Assembly: GCA_031266415.1 (NCBI GenBank)
Contig: JAISBB010000001.1
Span: 221,556-285,555, forward strand
Direction: 5' to 3'
From: Oscillospiraceae bacterium
GTDB taxonomy: Bacteria; Bacillota; Clostridia; Oscillospirales; Ruminococcaceae
DNA: 64,000 nucleotides
Shown here: positions 12,371-22,554 of the stretch, in pieces
Layout of the letters: each line of letters begins with the position of its first letter
Position numbering within the stretch: position 1 is the first letter of the stretch
The notes under the pieces: model-generated
Seen by the model: only the letters and a program-made list of their open reading frames with translations
Told to the model about the DNA's origin: nothing
Database searches by the model: none
Position numbers and translations under genes: made by a program

Positions 12371-12439
12371 AATCTGCAAGTAGCCTGTGTATTCTCAGAC
12401 CAGCAACAGGCTTAAGTACTACATTTACAACCATAAAAT

Positions 12440-12489
12440 AGCAAACAGTAGCAATTCGTAATTCGTATGCTGCTGTTTGCTACTTTTTT
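12440..12489 (+). terminator. Rho-independent terminator of proS
   Basis: 14-bp stem AGCAAACAGTAGCA / TGCTGCTGTTTGCT (one G:U pair) followed by ACTTTTTT. Confidence 0.75.
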
Positions 12490-12503
12490 GAAATAAAAAA
12501 CGG

Positions 12504-12580
12504 TGGCCCACCCAGCAGGACTTGAACCTGCAACCTTCAGAACCGGAATCTGATACTCTATCCAATTGAGCTATGGGCGG
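12504..12580 (-). tRNA. tRNA-Arg (anticodon CCG)
   Basis: The reverse complement reads CCGCCCATAGCTCAATTGGATAGAGT-ATCAGA-TTCCGGT-TCTGA...GCAGGTTCAAGTCCTGC-TGGGTGG-G-CCA. Confidence 0.85.
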
Positions 12581-12642
12581 CCATCAAGCCACTGCTAGCA
12601 ACAGCAGTGGCAACCAAACTTTTAACACACTTTCGAATTGAA

Positions 12643-13356
12643 TTACCAAGACTCAGAAAACGCAGTCGCAAATTTCGAAACATTAACACTAATACCAGGC
12701 CCCATTGTACTTCCAATTACACAAGATTTAAAATATGAACCTTTTTGATTATTTGGTTTTGCTTTCGCCACAGCTTGCATTAATACCGTAAAATTTTCTT
12801 CAAGTTTCTCCTTCCCAAAAGAAATTTTTCCAATTGAACAATGCATAATATTAGTTTTGTCTAACTTATACTCTATTTTTCCAGCCTTAACCTCTGTTAC
12901 CGCTTTCGCCGCATCCACAGCCACAGTTCCCGCCTTTGGTGTTGGCATCAATCCCTTGGGACCCAAAATCTTACCCAAACTACTAACAACACCCATCATG
13001 TCTGGTGTGGCAACAATTACGTTAAAATCCATCCAATTTTCATTTTGAATTCGTGCAATAAATTCTTCGGCACCAACAAAATCTGCACCCGCTTCTTCTG
13101 CTGCTTTAGCCTGATCCCCACGTGCAAGCACCAAAACCTTAACTTTTTTTCCTGTTCCATTTGGCAAAATAACAGCACCACGAATCTGTTGGTCCGCGTG
13201 CCTGGAATCAACACCCAGCCGCAAATGTACTTCAACAGTCTCATCAAATTTCGCTGTTGCCGTTTTAATGCAAACCTCAAATGCTTCTTCTGGCAAAAAA
13301 ATCTTATCTTTCCCCACTAACTTTGCACACTCAACATATCTTTTCCCACGTTTCAT
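12643..13356 (-). CDS. rplA: 50S ribosomal protein L1
   Basis: MKRGKRY....KL......Y...[22 protein letters not shown] and position downstream of rplK. Confidence 0.95.
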   Translation of the reverse strand: MKRGKRYVECAKLVGKDKIFLPEEAFEVCIKTATAKFDETVEVHLRLGVDSRHADQQIRGAVILPNGTGKKVKVLVLARGDQAKAAEEAGADFVGAEEFIARIQNENWMDFNVIVATPDMMGVVSSLGKILGPKGLMPTPKAGTVAVDAAKAVTEVKAGKIEYKLDKTNIMHCSIGKISFGKEKLEENFTVLMQAVAKAKPNNQKGSYFKSCVIGSTMGPGISVNVSKFATAFSESW

Positions 13357-13431
13357 AAATATCCTCCTGTGTGGTTCACCCGGAAAGTTTTAATTAACTT
13401 CCTCCCACTTAATCCATTCCCAAAAATTCAT

Positions 13432-13854
13432 TTAATCAACAGAAACTCCCATGCTCTTTGCCGTTCCTACAATCATTGAGGCAGCAGCTTCTAACTTTGT
13501 GGCATTAAGGTCCGGCATCTTTTGGGTGGCAATTTTTTCAATATCAGCTTTCGAAATTTTTGCTACTTTGGTTTTGTTGGGAACCCCAGAACCGCTTTCA
13601 ATTCCACATGCTTTTTTTATTAACACGGCGGCCGGTGGCGTTTTTGTAACAAACGTGAAAGAACGGTCTTCAAACACAGTAATAACTACGGGAATAATTA
13701 GGCCCTCGTCACTTTTTGTTCTTTCGTTAAATTCTTTGGTGAAAGCCCCAATGTTAACCCCATGCTGGCCAAGTGCAACACCAACTGGCGGTGCTGGAGT
13801 TGCCTTCCCCGCCGGAATTTGCAACTTAATGTAATTTTTTACTTTTTTCGCCAT
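13432..13854 (-). CDS. rplK: 50S ribosomal protein L11
   Basis: [37 protein letters not shown]. The start was moved to the internal Met (MAKKV), 5 codons inside the tracked ORF. Confidence 0.95.
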   Translation of the reverse strand: MAKKVKNYIKLQIPAGKATPAPPVGVALGQHGVNIGAFTKEFNERTKSDEGLIIPVVITVFEDRSFTFVTKTPPAAVLIKKACGIESGSGVPNKTKVAKISKADIEKIATQKMPDLNATKLEAAASMIVGTAKSMGVSVD

Positions 13855-13875
13855 AATATAAAATTCCACCTCTTT

Positions 13876-14388
13876 TTAAATTGGCACAAGATTTTTAAAT
13901 TCAATTTCCACTGATGTTTTTCTTCCAAACATATTAACTAAGACTTTTGCAATCCCTTTATCATAATTTATGCTTTCAACCAAACCTTCATAACCTTCTA
14001 ATGCTCCGCCGGTTACAACAACGGAATCTCCTTGGTCAAAATTTAACTCAATAAGCGTTTTTGACCCTTTCTCTTTAAATTTATCAATTTCTTCATCTGT
14101 TAATGCCTTCCTGCCAACAAAATCCGTAACTCCACGTATATTTTTAAGAGCATACCAAACGTCGTCGTTCATTTCCATTTTAATAAAAACATAATTGGGG
14201 AACAATTTTTGCTCTATTTCTTTCTTTTTCCCGTTTTTAATTTCAACCACCATAACGGAAGGGACTTTTACTTCTTTAACTACCCCATTTAACGCTTCCG
14301 TTCGAATGAACTTTTCAATGTTACTTGCAACCTTGTTTTCATGACCAGCATATGTATGCAACACATACCATTTTGCTTCTTCTTGCAC
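13876..14388 (-). CDS. nusG: Transcription termination/antitermination factor NusG
   Basis: KWYV.HTY.GHENKV, a C-terminal KOW domain (GD.V.V..G...G..G.V), and position between secE and rplK. Confidence 0.95.
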   Translation of the reverse strand: MQEEAKWYVLHTYAGHENKVASNIEKFIRTEALNGVVKEVKVPSVMVVEIKNGKKKEIEQKLFPNYVFIKMEMNDDVWYALKNIRGVTDFVGRKALTDEEIDKFKEKGSKTLIELNFDQGDSVVVTGGALEGYEGLVESINYDKGIAKVLVNMFGRKTSVEIEFKNLVPI

Positions 14389-14437
14389 GCTGTATCACCG
14401 CCATTTCTCCTTGCCATCTGAAAATTTTTACTTGGTG

Positions 14438-14662
14438 TTATTTCGGCGTTCTATCTAAAACAAAGTTTAAAATATGCATAAGGCCTACATCAAATCCCCA
14501 AACCAAAACTCCAAAAACCACTATCATTAAAAACACAGTATTTACATTGCTGATTACCTGGCGTTTTGTTGGCCATATAACTTTTTTTAACTCGCTTTTT
14601 GTTTCTAAAAACCATTTAAAAAAACCACTTTTTTCTTTTTTTTCGCCAATATATTTTGCCAC
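14438..14662 (-). CDS. secE: Preprotein translocase subunit SecE
   Basis: 74 aa with F..ET..ELKKV.WPT..QV followed by a single TM helix. Lies between rpmG and nusG. Confidence 0.85.
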   Translation of the reverse strand: MAKYIGEKKEKSGFFKWFLETKSELKKVIWPTKRQVISNVNTVFLMIVVFGVLVWGFDVGLMHILNFVLDRTPK

Positions 14663-14687
14663 AAGTCACACCACTTTCCCTTTAAAT

Positions 14688-14837
14688 CTACTTGGTTTCT
14701 TTATGCAGCACATGTTCATTACAGAATTTACAATGTTTTCTCTTTTCAAGTTTATCTGGCGTGTTTTTTTTGTTTTTACATGTATTATAATTTCTTCGTT
14801 TACACTTTGTACAAGCAAGTATAACAACTGTTTCCAT
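14688..14837 (-). CDS. rpmG: 50S ribosomal protein L33
   Basis: [49 protein letters not shown], 49 aa with CxxC...CxxC. The tracked ORF's 25-aa N-terminal extension was discarded. Confidence 0.9.
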   Translation of the reverse strand: METVVILACTKCKRRNYNTCKNKKNTPDKLEKRKHCKFCNEHVLHKETK

Positions 14838-15038
14838 TACTACTACACCTCCCAAACCTCGTTTGCTTTTTAATTCTTTACACAGAACCAACAACAATCT
14901 GGCAACTCTCAAGTAACTATGTTTTTTATTTTTAGCAAAGTTATTTTTATATTCTTTTTTTATTCACAAAAACCCTAAAACACCACCGTTAATTGTAGCA
15001 TGTCAGTTTAACCCCTGTCAACAATCTCCCGTCACAAA

Positions 15039-16823
15039 TTACCGCCGAAACCACTTTTCAATCTCTTTGCGTTTCAAAACACAACACACTGGCCTACCAT
15101 GTGGGCAACAAACAAACCCTTGCTTTTTATTTAGTTCCTCAATCAACCCTTGTAATTCTAATTCATTACTTTTATCTTTTGCTTTCATTGCCGCCTTACA
15201 CGCAATCATATACAGCAACCGTTCTTGTTGTTGTGGTAAAATGCTATTTTTGCCCACAGCTAAATTCCTTATAATTTCAAATATGGTAACATCAATATCT
15301 GCATCAAGCATTTCAATTGGGAGCGTTCTTACAATAATTGAACTATCTCCAAAATCATCTATTTCAAATCCCAAACTCAAAAAAAGTTCTTTATTTGAAA
15401 TTGCAACATCATATTCCTGCCACCCCAAAGTCACAATATGCGGAGCCATTAAAACCTGCATAAAACCTTTTTGTTTTTTCTCTTTCAAACGCTCAAAAAT
15501 CAAATTTTCATGTAATGCATGCTTATCAACCAAAACCACATCATCGCCGGATTCACAAATAATATATGTCCTTAAAACTTCACCTTTAAAAAGCAAATTG
15601 CCATAAACATTTTCTCCCTTTTCTTCTTTCAAAGTTCCAGAAGAGAGTTCACTACCGACTGCTTTTGGCTCCCGATTCAAAATCTCGTCTATTCGTTCTT
15701 TAAACGCAACCGGCAACATTTCTATTTCTTTATATTTTCTTATTTCTGTAGACTCTGGCGCCCTAAACTCCGGAACGTTTTTATTTATGTCTTTAAATAA
15801 TTCGTTCACATCTCGGGATATTTGCGGTTGCAATGCTCGAGTAACAGCACTAATCACACCATTATAAATTAGATTATATAATCTCTTTTCATCAGCAAAT
15901 TTAACGCTAATTTTCGCCGGATGAACGTTCACATCAACAAAAGAACCCGGCACACTAATTTTAAGAACACAAATCGGGTGCCTACCAACCGCTATTTTGT
16001 TTTTATATGCCTCTTCTAATGCGGCAATAAGCAAGGGGCTTCTTATATATCTTCCGTTAACAAAAAAAAATTGAGTTGTTCTACTTGCTTTTGTGTGAGT
16101 TGGGTCCCCCACATAACCTTCTAAATTAAGACTATCTTGCACCAAAAAAACTGGCAACACAGCTTTTGCCACATCTTTTCCCATCACTTCGCAAATACCC
16201 GAAAGTAACTCCCCATCTCCCGGCGTTAATAATTTAAGTGCCCCATCTTTAATAAACTTAAAAGAAACTTCTGGATTTGAAAGCGCAAATCTTTCCATCC
16301 AAATCCCAACAGCAGCAGCTTCTAGATGATCTCTTTTCAAAAATTTCATTCTAGCGGGAAAATTAAAAAAAAGCTCGCTAACAGTAATGCTTGTCCCTTG
16401 AGAACACCCCTCATCGTCACAATATTCTCGGTCACCAGCTTTAAGTTCAAGCCGCACTCCAGCAATCTGCGCTTCTGGTCTTGTAACAATTTTAAGCTTT
16501 GAAACAGCAGCAATTGCCGCCAGCGCCTCGCCACGAAATCCCAGTGTTAAAATTGCAGAAAGGTCAGCTTCCGACTTAATTTTACTGGTTGCGTGACGCA
16601 AAAATGCTGTTTCAACATCTTCTTTTGCAATCCCGATTCCATCATCTGTTACTTTAATTTTTGAAACCCCACCATTTTCAATTTCCACTTGAATAAACTT
16701 GCTGCCAGCATCAATTGCATTTTCAACCAATTCTTTAACAACAGAAGCGGGATTCTCAACAACCTCACCAGCGGCGATAAGCTCGGCAATATTTTTATCT
16801 AAAACCTGTATTTTTCTCGTCAT
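15039..16823 (-). CDS. mutL: DNA mismatch repair protein MutL
   Basis: IQ.L....A..IAAGEVVE.PASVVKELVENA.DAG (GHKL ATPase) and the C-terminal ..CPHGRP motif. Confidence 0.95.
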   Translation of the reverse strand: MTRKIQVLDKNIAELIAAGEVVENPASVVKELVENAIDAGSKFIQVEIENGGVSKIKVTDDGIGIAKEDVETAFLRHATSKIKSEADLSAILTLGFRGEALAAIAAVSKLKIVTRPEAQIAGVRLELKAGDREYCDDEGCSQGTSITVSELFFNFPARMKFLKRDHLEAAAVGIWMERFALSNPEVSFKFIKDGALKLLTPGDGELLSGICEVMGKDVAKAVLPVFLVQDSLNLEGYVGDPTHTKASRTTQFFFVNGRYIRSPLLIAALEEAYKNKIAVGRHPICVLKISVPGSFVDVNVHPAKISVKFADEKRLYNLIYNGVISAVTRALQPQISRDVNELFKDINKNVPEFRAPESTEIRKYKEIEMLPVAFKERIDEILNREPKAVGSELSSGTLKEEKGENVYGNLLFKGEVLRTYIICESGDDVVLVDKHALHENLIFERLKEKKQKGFMQVLMAPHIVTLGWQEYDVAISNKELFLSLGFEIDDFGDSSIIVRTLPIEMLDADIDVTIFEIIRNLAVGKNSILPQQQERLLYMIACKAAMKAKDKSNELELQGLIEELNKKQGFVCCPHGRPVCCVLKRKEIEKWFRR

Positions 16824-17490
16824 GCTGCTCTCCTTCTTTCAGGTCGAATACTTCATATAGCTCATGCATTACCTCATCCTTTATTAATATTACAACCCGA
16901 TCTCCTTTGAAGAGCTTCGTGTTACCCCGTGGCACAATCAACTTTCCACTGTGGTAAACAGCAACCATTGTAGATTCTACCGGAGTCTCAAGATTAGTTA
17001 ACGTAATGCCATTATTTTTAAATTCTTGCGGGATATCAAACTCAATTAATGAAACATCTCCACTGTTTAAACTTAACAACTGCCGAATAACACTTGTGTT
17101 AAGCTCTCGCTCTATTAAGCGCGCAATGTTATTTGTTGCACTAACAGGAGTATCTACCCCCAATTGTCGCATTATTTCGGCATTTTTGGGATTGTTGGCT
17201 CTTGCAACGGTTCGTTCAATTTTGAAATATTGCTTGGCCAGTTGGCACGCAATGAGATTATCTTCATCTTTTCCCGTTACACTTGCAAACACATCTGCAT
17301 CCGTCATGGCTAGCTCCAACACCTGCAAAGTAGTACCATCTCCAGAGATAACCGGAATGTCAAGGTCTCCAGCAACCCTTAAACAAACTTGCCGATCAAT
17401 TTCCACAATAATTGGATTGTGACCATGCTCGAGCAATGTTTTCGCCAAATAAAAACCCACTTTGCCGCCACCAACAATAACTACCTTCAA
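16795..17490 (-). CDS. trkA: TrkA/KtrA-type potassium-uptake regulatory protein (RCK_N + RCK_C)
   Basis: MKVVIVGGGKVGFYLAKTL Rossmann motif, a C-terminal TrkA_C-like segment and 231 aa. Confidence 0.85.
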   Translation of the reverse strand: MKVVIVGGGKVGFYLAKTLLEHGHNPIIVEIDRQVCLRVAGDLDIPVISGDGTTLQVLELAMTDADVFASVTGKDEDNLIACQLAKQYFKIERTVARANNPKNAEIMRQLGVDTPVSATNNIARLIERELNTSVIRQLLSLNSGDVSLIEFDIPQEFKNNGITLTNLETPVESTMVAVYHSGKLIVPRGNTKLFKGDRVVILIKDEVMHELYEVFDLKEGEQHDEKNTGFR

Positions 17491-17530
17491 TTTTTCCGCC
17501 TCAATCTACAACTTCTTAATAATTTTTCCG

Positions 17531-18244
17531 CTATAAGAAATCAAAAGCCCCCACTTCTTCAGACGTGAGGTACCTGTAGGCCCCTGATTTTAACATCCCA
17601 AGTTTTAAATCCCCCAAAACTATTCGTTTCAACCTAACCACTTTTAAACCCACAAGTTCACACATTTTCCGAATTTGCCTATTTTTCCCCTGCATTATCT
17701 TTATGCTCAAAACTGACCTATCTTGAAATTCTTTTTTTACAACAACCTCCGCTGGAATTAATTCTTCTTCTTCCAAAACAATTTTAGAAGAAAGTTTTAC
17801 CAATTGCCTTTCTGTTGCCTTTGGTGTTACAGTAACACTATAAATTTTAGAGACTTTATTTTTAGGGTGCATAATTTTATTTGCAAATGCACCATCATTA
17901 GTAAATAGCAATAACCCTTCAGAATTTTTATCAAGCCGCCCCACATTATAAACTCGCTCTTTAACGTCGCTTAGCAAATTAACCGCCAAACGATCCCAGT
18001 GGCTATCTTGTAAACTACTAACATATCCTCTAGGCTTGTTTAACATAATATATAACTTTTTAGATGCTTTAAACTCCACTTTTTCTCCATCAATTTCAAT
18101 CACATCACTAAAAAGGTCCACACTCATCCCGATTTTTGCAGGTTTGTTGTTTACCTTAACCCTGCCTGCCAAAATCTCTCGTTCCACTGCTCTTCTACTC
18201 ATTACTCCAAGTTCAGAGAGTATTTTTTGAATACGCTTTTTCAG
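17531..18244 (-). CDS. RsuA/RluB-family pseudouridine synthase with N-terminal S4 domain
   Basis: The catalytic motif VGRLDKNSEGLLLFTNDG and GKNRQIRKM are present. The S4 domain (L.K.L...GV.SRR..E..I..GRV.VN) is complete only if translation starts upstream of ATG 18202, at the in-frame CTG 18244 that lies 6 nt after an AGGTGG RBS. Confidence 0.8.
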   Translation of the reverse strand: MKKRIQKILSELGVMSRRAVEREILAGRVKVNNKPAKIGMSVDLFSDVIEIDGEKVEFKASKKLYIMLNKPRGYVSSLQDSHWDRLAVNLLSDVKERVYNVGRLDKNSEGLLLFTNDGAFANKIMHPKNKVSKIYSVTVTPKATERQLVKLSSKIVLEEEELIPAEVVVKKEFQDRSVLSIKIMQGKNRQIRKMCELVGLKVVRLKRIVLGDLKLGMLKSGAYRYLTSEEVGAFDFL

Positions 18245-18654
18245 TCTTTGCCACCTCTCTCGCTTGCTCCTGGCTTTCTTTTCTGATTTTTTTTAAACAA
18301 TTCTGAAAACATTGAGCACAAATCCGGGATTCCCTCAATCAAATCTTTCAGTTGATTTTTCGAACCTAATTCCATAAGTTTTACCTCTTTACCATTTTCC
18401 CCGTTAATCACCAAAAAGCCAATTGGAGTAAAACTGACTCCAGCGCCACTGCCAAGGTTAATTGCCATTCTCTCTTTTTTGTCTTTAGATTTATCTGCAC
18501 CACCCAAAGCAAAACCCAAAGAAACTTTGGAAACCGGAATTATCGTTATATTTTCTTTCACATTTATCGGCTGCCCAATCAAAACTTCTGTTTCAACTAT
18601 TTCTTTGAGTTTGAGCATAATATTTTCTACAACATTACTAAAGCTATCTTCCAC
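18241..18654 (-). CDS. ytfJ: Sporulation protein YtfJ/GerW family
   Basis: TIIPVSKVS.GF..GG.......GSGAG....P..FLVI pattern in about 137 aa, consistent with the Spore_YtfJ family. Confidence 0.75.
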   Translation of the reverse strand: MEDSFSNVVENIMLKLKEIVETEVLIGQPINVKENITIIPVSKVSLGFALGGADKSKDKKERMAINLGSGAGVSFTPIGFLVINGENGKEVKLMELGSKNQLKDLIEGIPDLCSMFSELFKKNQKRKPGASERGGKD

Positions 18655-18720
18655 TCAAATTCCACCCGTCCACCAAAATAAATTCGCAAAATTCACCATT
18701 ATTATAACACAAAAAATTAC

Positions 18721-19266
18721 TCACTCAAAATCCTCATCCGTTAAAATGTTAACAATTCGCTTATATATCTCTTCCGGTTCTTCTTCAAAACGCTTTTTAA
18801 TCATATTTAACATATCTTTCTCTGGAACAAATAACGAGATTTTCATTAATTCCAAATCATCATCGGCGATTTCACAAGTAATTGTATATCCAATTTTTTC
18901 GCGTTTGGTTTTTATACAATGCCACTTTTCAAAATCTATTCGCTTTCCATAACTTGTTGCCGATTTTGCAAGCAATTCTCTAATGTTGCCAGCCAAAGTT
19001 CCTTTCAAGGTTTGTGCCGCCTCTAGGCCACTTTCCTCAGGTGAATAGTAGCCATCAATTTTTTTCACTTGCTTGTTTTTCAACAGCTCCTCCAAAGCTT
19101 GAGAGAAATAGAAATAATTCACAAGCCCATTTAAGTCTAAAATATCAAAGATTTGCTCTTTACTAAGTGGCAACTTACAAAAACTCAGCAAATAACATAT
19201 CGCAACTTTAATTTCTGAAAGATCACTAAACCCAGAAGGCTCAACACCTGCCCGCAATTCTTCCAA
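18721..19266 (-). CDS. Conserved hypothetical protein (possibly DUF4364-like)
   Basis: Clean 181-aa ORF with compact spacing to its neighbours. No motif was confidently recognised. Confidence 0.5.
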   Translation of the reverse strand: MEELRAGVEPSGFSDLSEIKVAICYLLSFCKLPLSKEQIFDILDLNGLVNYFYFSQALEELLKNKQVKKIDGYYSPEESGLEAAQTLKGTLAGNIRELLAKSATSYGKRIDFEKWHCIKTKREKIGYTITCEIADDDLELMKISLFVPEKDMLNMIKKRFEEEPEEIYKRIVNILTDEDFE

Positions 19267-19297
19267 TAAAAGCCACCTCCTATTTTACAAAGCCTCA

Positions 19298-19975
19298 TTA
19301 TTTTAACAAATCGGGCCGTTTTTCTTGAGTGATTTTCAGAGATGATTCTCTTTTCCATTTATTGATTTTTTTTGGGTTGCCAGAAAGCAATTCTGCTGGC
19401 ACTTCAAAACCTCGCCAGATTTTTGGCCTGGTATATTGTGCACATTCCAACACGTTATTGTTATGGCTTTCCTCTAGGTAACATTTTTCACTGGGTAAAA
19501 CTCCAGAAACACAACGTAAAATAGCATCAACTAACACAAGAGCTGGTAATTCACCACCAGTTAAAACATAATCGCCAATCGAGATTTCTTCGTCAACAAC
19601 CAAATCTAAAACCCGCTGATCTACACCCTCATAATGACCCGCCAAAATAATTAAGTGGGTAACTTCTGCAAGTTCCAATACTTTTTTTTGAGTTAAGCGC
19701 GTACCCTTGGGTGACATATATATAACAACATCTTCGCCGCGAAAAGAATCTTTAAGTGCTTGAATACAACGGTAAACTGGCTCTGCTTGAAGTAACATTC
19801 CGAATCCGCCACCGTAAACGTAATCATCTACTCTTCGATATCGACCCTCTGCATAATCTCTTATGTTATGTGTGATTACTTCTACAACATTCTTAGATAT
19901 TGCTTTGCCAATAATACTCTCACCAAGTACAATTTCACACATCTGAGGGAACAAAGTTGCAATATCAATCCTCAT
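19298..19975 (-). CDS. trmD: tRNA (guanine37-N1)-methyltransferase
   Basis: MRIDI.TLFP.M, Y.RPK.WRG..VP..L.SGNH..I..WR and position after rimM. Confidence 0.95.
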   Translation of the reverse strand: MRIDIATLFPQMCEIVLGESIIGKAISKNVVEVITHNIRDYAEGRYRRVDDYVYGGGFGMLLQAEPVYRCIQALKDSFRGEDVVIYMSPKGTRLTQKKVLELAEVTHLIILAGHYEGVDQRVLDLVVDEEISIGDYVLTGGELPALVLVDAILRCVSGVLPSEKCYLEESHNNNVLECAQYTRPKIWRGFEVPAELLSGNPKKINKWKRESSLKITQEKRPDLLK

Positions 19976-20483
19976 CACCAAACAACCCTTTAATCAATGT
20001 TATTTCCATTACACCACGGTCCAATTTAACAGCTTTCACAACATCTTTTATTGCTGGAATAAGGAATTTTTGGCAATTTTCGTTTTCAATTTCATAAACA
20101 TCATTTGCACCAGTTTTAATCACATCAAAAATCTTACCATATTTTTTTTTGCTTTGGTTATCAATAACATCTAACCCAAGCAAATCTCTAACCAAGAACT
20201 CTCCTTTTTCTAGTTTAATATCGCCACGCTTAACACGCACTACTTTATTTATATACTTTCGCACTTGTTCTAAAGCATCTAAGCCTTTAATTTTCGCCAA
20301 TACAATATTTTTATGAATTCTTTTCTCAATCAAGTCTAAGTTTATTCCATCAATAAAAAACTCTTCTGTTAACAAAATATCACTTGCATCATCACACCAC
20401 GGATAAATTTTTACATCACCTTTAAGCCCATGCACACCAACAATTTTGCCAATTTCAATCAATTCATCTTTCGAAACTTCCAT
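19965..20483 (-). CDS. rimM: 16S rRNA processing protein RimM
   Basis: IGKIVGVHGLKGDVKIYP plus a PRC-barrel C-terminus. The start was set at the internal Met (MEVSK), which removes the overlap with the upstream gene. Confidence 0.9.
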   Translation of the reverse strand: MEVSKDELIEIGKIVGVHGLKGDVKIYPWCDDASDILLTEEFFIDGINLDLIEKRIHKNIVLAKIKGLDALEQVRKYINKVVRVKRGDIKLEKGEFLVRDLLGLDVIDNQSKKKYGKIFDVIKTGANDVYEIENENCQKFLIPAIKDVVKAVKLDRGVMEITLIKGLFGDED

Positions 20484-20485
20484 TG

Positions 20486-21733
20486 CTACTCTATGACCCC
20501 CACACAACCACTAGACTGCACTGTTGTAATCCTAACATTTAAAAATCTGTACTTTAAATCTTCATCAGACTTTACTAATACTTTCACGTAATTAGCGGCA
20601 TAACCTTTGAAAAACCCATTTTTGCATTTGTTCTCAAGTAATACACACACTCGTTTGCCAACCATTTTTAAATTAAATTCCATTTGATTCGCTTCCACAA
20701 CAAGCTGCATTTCTTTAAAGCGCCGTTCTTTTTCTTTATCCGGCACCTGACCTTCCATTGTTGCTGCCACAGTCCCTGGGCGCTTGGAATATGGGAATAT
20801 ATGCGCTTTTGCAAACTTCATTTTCTTCACAAACTCCAAAGAATCGTAGAAATCTGCCTCTGTTTCACCTGGGAACCCCACAATAATATCTGTGGTTATA
20901 CTTGGGTCCTCAAAGTAATTTCTGACATTATCAACGATTTTTTCATACATTTCAACCGTGTAGCTGCGATTCATTTTCTTCAAAATGTTATTAGAACCAC
21001 TTTGCAAAGAAATATGGAAATGTGGGCAAAATTTTCGCAAAAGCGTAAGTCTGCACAACATTTTATTGGTAATAACTTCGGGATTAAGCGAACTAAGGCT
21101 TACCCTTTGAATTTTTTCATTGCAACAAGTTAATTCCACTGCATCAATTAATTCACAGCCAATATCTTTTCCAAACAGTAGCAAGTTAATTCCCACCAAA
21201 ACAACTTCTTCAAATCCAACTGCTGCAACCAATGCAACCTCTTTTTGCAACTCCACCAAACTTTTCGAATAACTTTTCCCCCTAGCTTTTGGAATAATGC
21301 AATAAGAACAAGCGCGATTGCAACCGCTTTGTATTTTTACAAATGCTTTCGCTTTTCGTTGGGGCACAACAGATACTTCAGTCGCATCTTTTAACTGCAA
21401 CTTAAACCGCTCTTTTAAAAGTTCTGGCAACTTCATTTTTTCTGCATTTGAAAGGATCAAATCCACTTTAAGTTTTGCTGCCGCTTCCCTAAACACATCT
21501 ACAAAGCAGCCCATTAAAACTACAAAATCAGCACCATAATCCCTTGCCCTGTTAATCATTTGCCTTGTTTTTCTATCACTTACAGCAGTTACTGTACACG
21601 AACCAATAACAAAAATATCTGCTTCTTCGCCTTTATTTGCAATTTCGAATCCAACTTCACGAAGTTTTTGGCTTAAACACTCTGTTTCATATTGATTCAC
21701 CTTGCAACCCAATGTAAAAAATCCAACTTTCAT
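20486..21733 (-). CDS. mtaB: Radical-SAM methylthiotransferase, MiaB/MtaB family
   Basis: The N-terminal UPF0004 domain (F.TLGCKVNQYE), a radical-SAM CNRACSYC cluster and a C-terminal TRAM-like region, about 415 aa. Confidence 0.85.
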   Translation of the reverse strand: MKVGFFTLGCKVNQYETECLSQKLREVGFEIANKGEEADIFVIGSCTVTAVSDRKTRQMINRARDYGADFVVLMGCFVDVFREAAAKLKVDLILSNAEKMKLPELLKERFKLQLKDATEVSVVPQRKAKAFVKIQSGCNRACSYCIIPKARGKSYSKSLVELQKEVALVAAVGFEEVVLVGINLLLFGKDIGCELIDAVELTCCNEKIQRVSLSSLNPEVITNKMLCRLTLLRKFCPHFHISLQSGSNNILKKMNRSYTVEMYEKIVDNVRNYFEDPSITTDIIVGFPGETEADFYDSLEFVKKMKFAKAHIFPYSKRPGTVAATMEGQVPDKEKERRFKEMQLVVEANQMEFNLKMVGKRVCVLLENKCKNGFFKGYAANYVKVLVKSDEDLKYRFLNVRITTVQSSGCVGVIE

Positions 21734-21765
21734 AAAAGGCTCTTTTCCTTCCTTTTTGACAAAAA

Positions 21766-21807
21766 GAAAAACAAGATAAAAGCTGCCGCCACCAGAGTGA
21801 CAGCAGC
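21766..21807 (-). terminator. Rho-independent terminator ending the flagellar operon
   Basis: On the minus strand: GCTGCTGTCAC-TCTG-GTGGCGGCAGC (11 bp, two G:U pairs) followed by TTTTATCTTGTTTTT. Confidence 0.75.
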
Positions 21808-21826
21808 ACTTTTCTGTAAAAACAAG

Positions 21827-22525
21827 CTATTGATTCTCAGATGCTTTCCTTAGTTCATCTAAATACTCCCGCGAAATCTGGTTTAAAACACTAATCCGAA
21901 TTCCTAAATCGGCTGCCTCAACAGAAACAAGAGAATCTGACTGCGACACCGCTAAAAAACCTTGCTCAAACTCAGGTATTTGAACAACTACCGGCTCATC
22001 AGCCCCCTGGTAACTGTAACGAGCTTTTCCTGCATGGATTAATTTTGATGGCATTTCCACTCGGAAAACACCAATTTGTGATTTTTCGAAATCTTTAGGT
22101 TCCTCAAGCACAATTCTCTTCCCATTTGGGTCAAGAACGGCGCATTGACCATCAAACGTAGATAATTCCCAGTCCCCATTATCAGTAAACCACCAATCAA
22201 AGGCTCCCAGCCTAGTTAAAAAGCAGTTCCCTTCTGAATCTTCCAGCATAAAAAATCCATCACCGTTAATTGCAAAATTCGTAGAGGAATCTGTTCGAGT
22301 CGTTTCTTCTTGCCCCCAAGTATACCGACAATCAACGCCAGAACCGGCAGCAGTACAAAGATTGGTATTAGAAGAAAGCAAAGGGTTAAATCCACTAGAA
22401 TTAACAAGGCTAATTTCACTCTCCGGAGCACCACCAAATGGAACTGCGCGCTTAGACAAATCACGCATTACGTTAAAAAGTGGCTTAATTTGCCCATCAC
22501 AACAATTCAAAATAAAACACCTCAA
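21827..22525 (-). CDS. Divergent flagellar rod protein (FlgF/FlgG-like)
   Basis: NFAINGDGFFMLEDSEGNCFLTRLGAF matches the I.G.GFF......YTR.G.F core of rod and hook proteins. The termini only faintly resemble PF00460 and PF06429. Confidence 0.6.
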   Translation of the reverse strand: MRCFILNCCDGQIKPLFNVMRDLSKRAVPFGGAPESEISLVNSSGFNPLLSSNTNLCTAAGSGVDCRYTWGQEETTRTDSSTNFAINGDGFFMLEDSEGNCFLTRLGAFDWWFTDNGDWELSTFDGQCAVLDPNGKRIVLEEPKDFEKSQIGVFRVEMPSKLIHAGKARYSYQGADEPVVVQIPEFEQGFLAVSQSDSLVSVEAADLGIRISVLNQISREYLDELRKASENQ

Positions 22526-22554
22526 GTTCTTTGTTAATTTACCAATTTCTAAAT

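Noticed and set aside
12581-12615. Hairpin GCCACTGCT...AGCAGTGGC between rplA and tRNA-Arg, considered as a terminator
   Set aside because: No U-tract follows it in the minus-strand sense. It may be a processing structure, but this is not supportable as a terminator.
13451-13834. 127-aa ORF antisense to rplK, and similar antisense ORFs at 12857-13320, 14325-14873, 15067-15606, 17006-17422, 25660-26214, 35233-35658 and 41426-41959
   Set aside because: All oppose confidently identified conserved genes and show no motifs or RBS.
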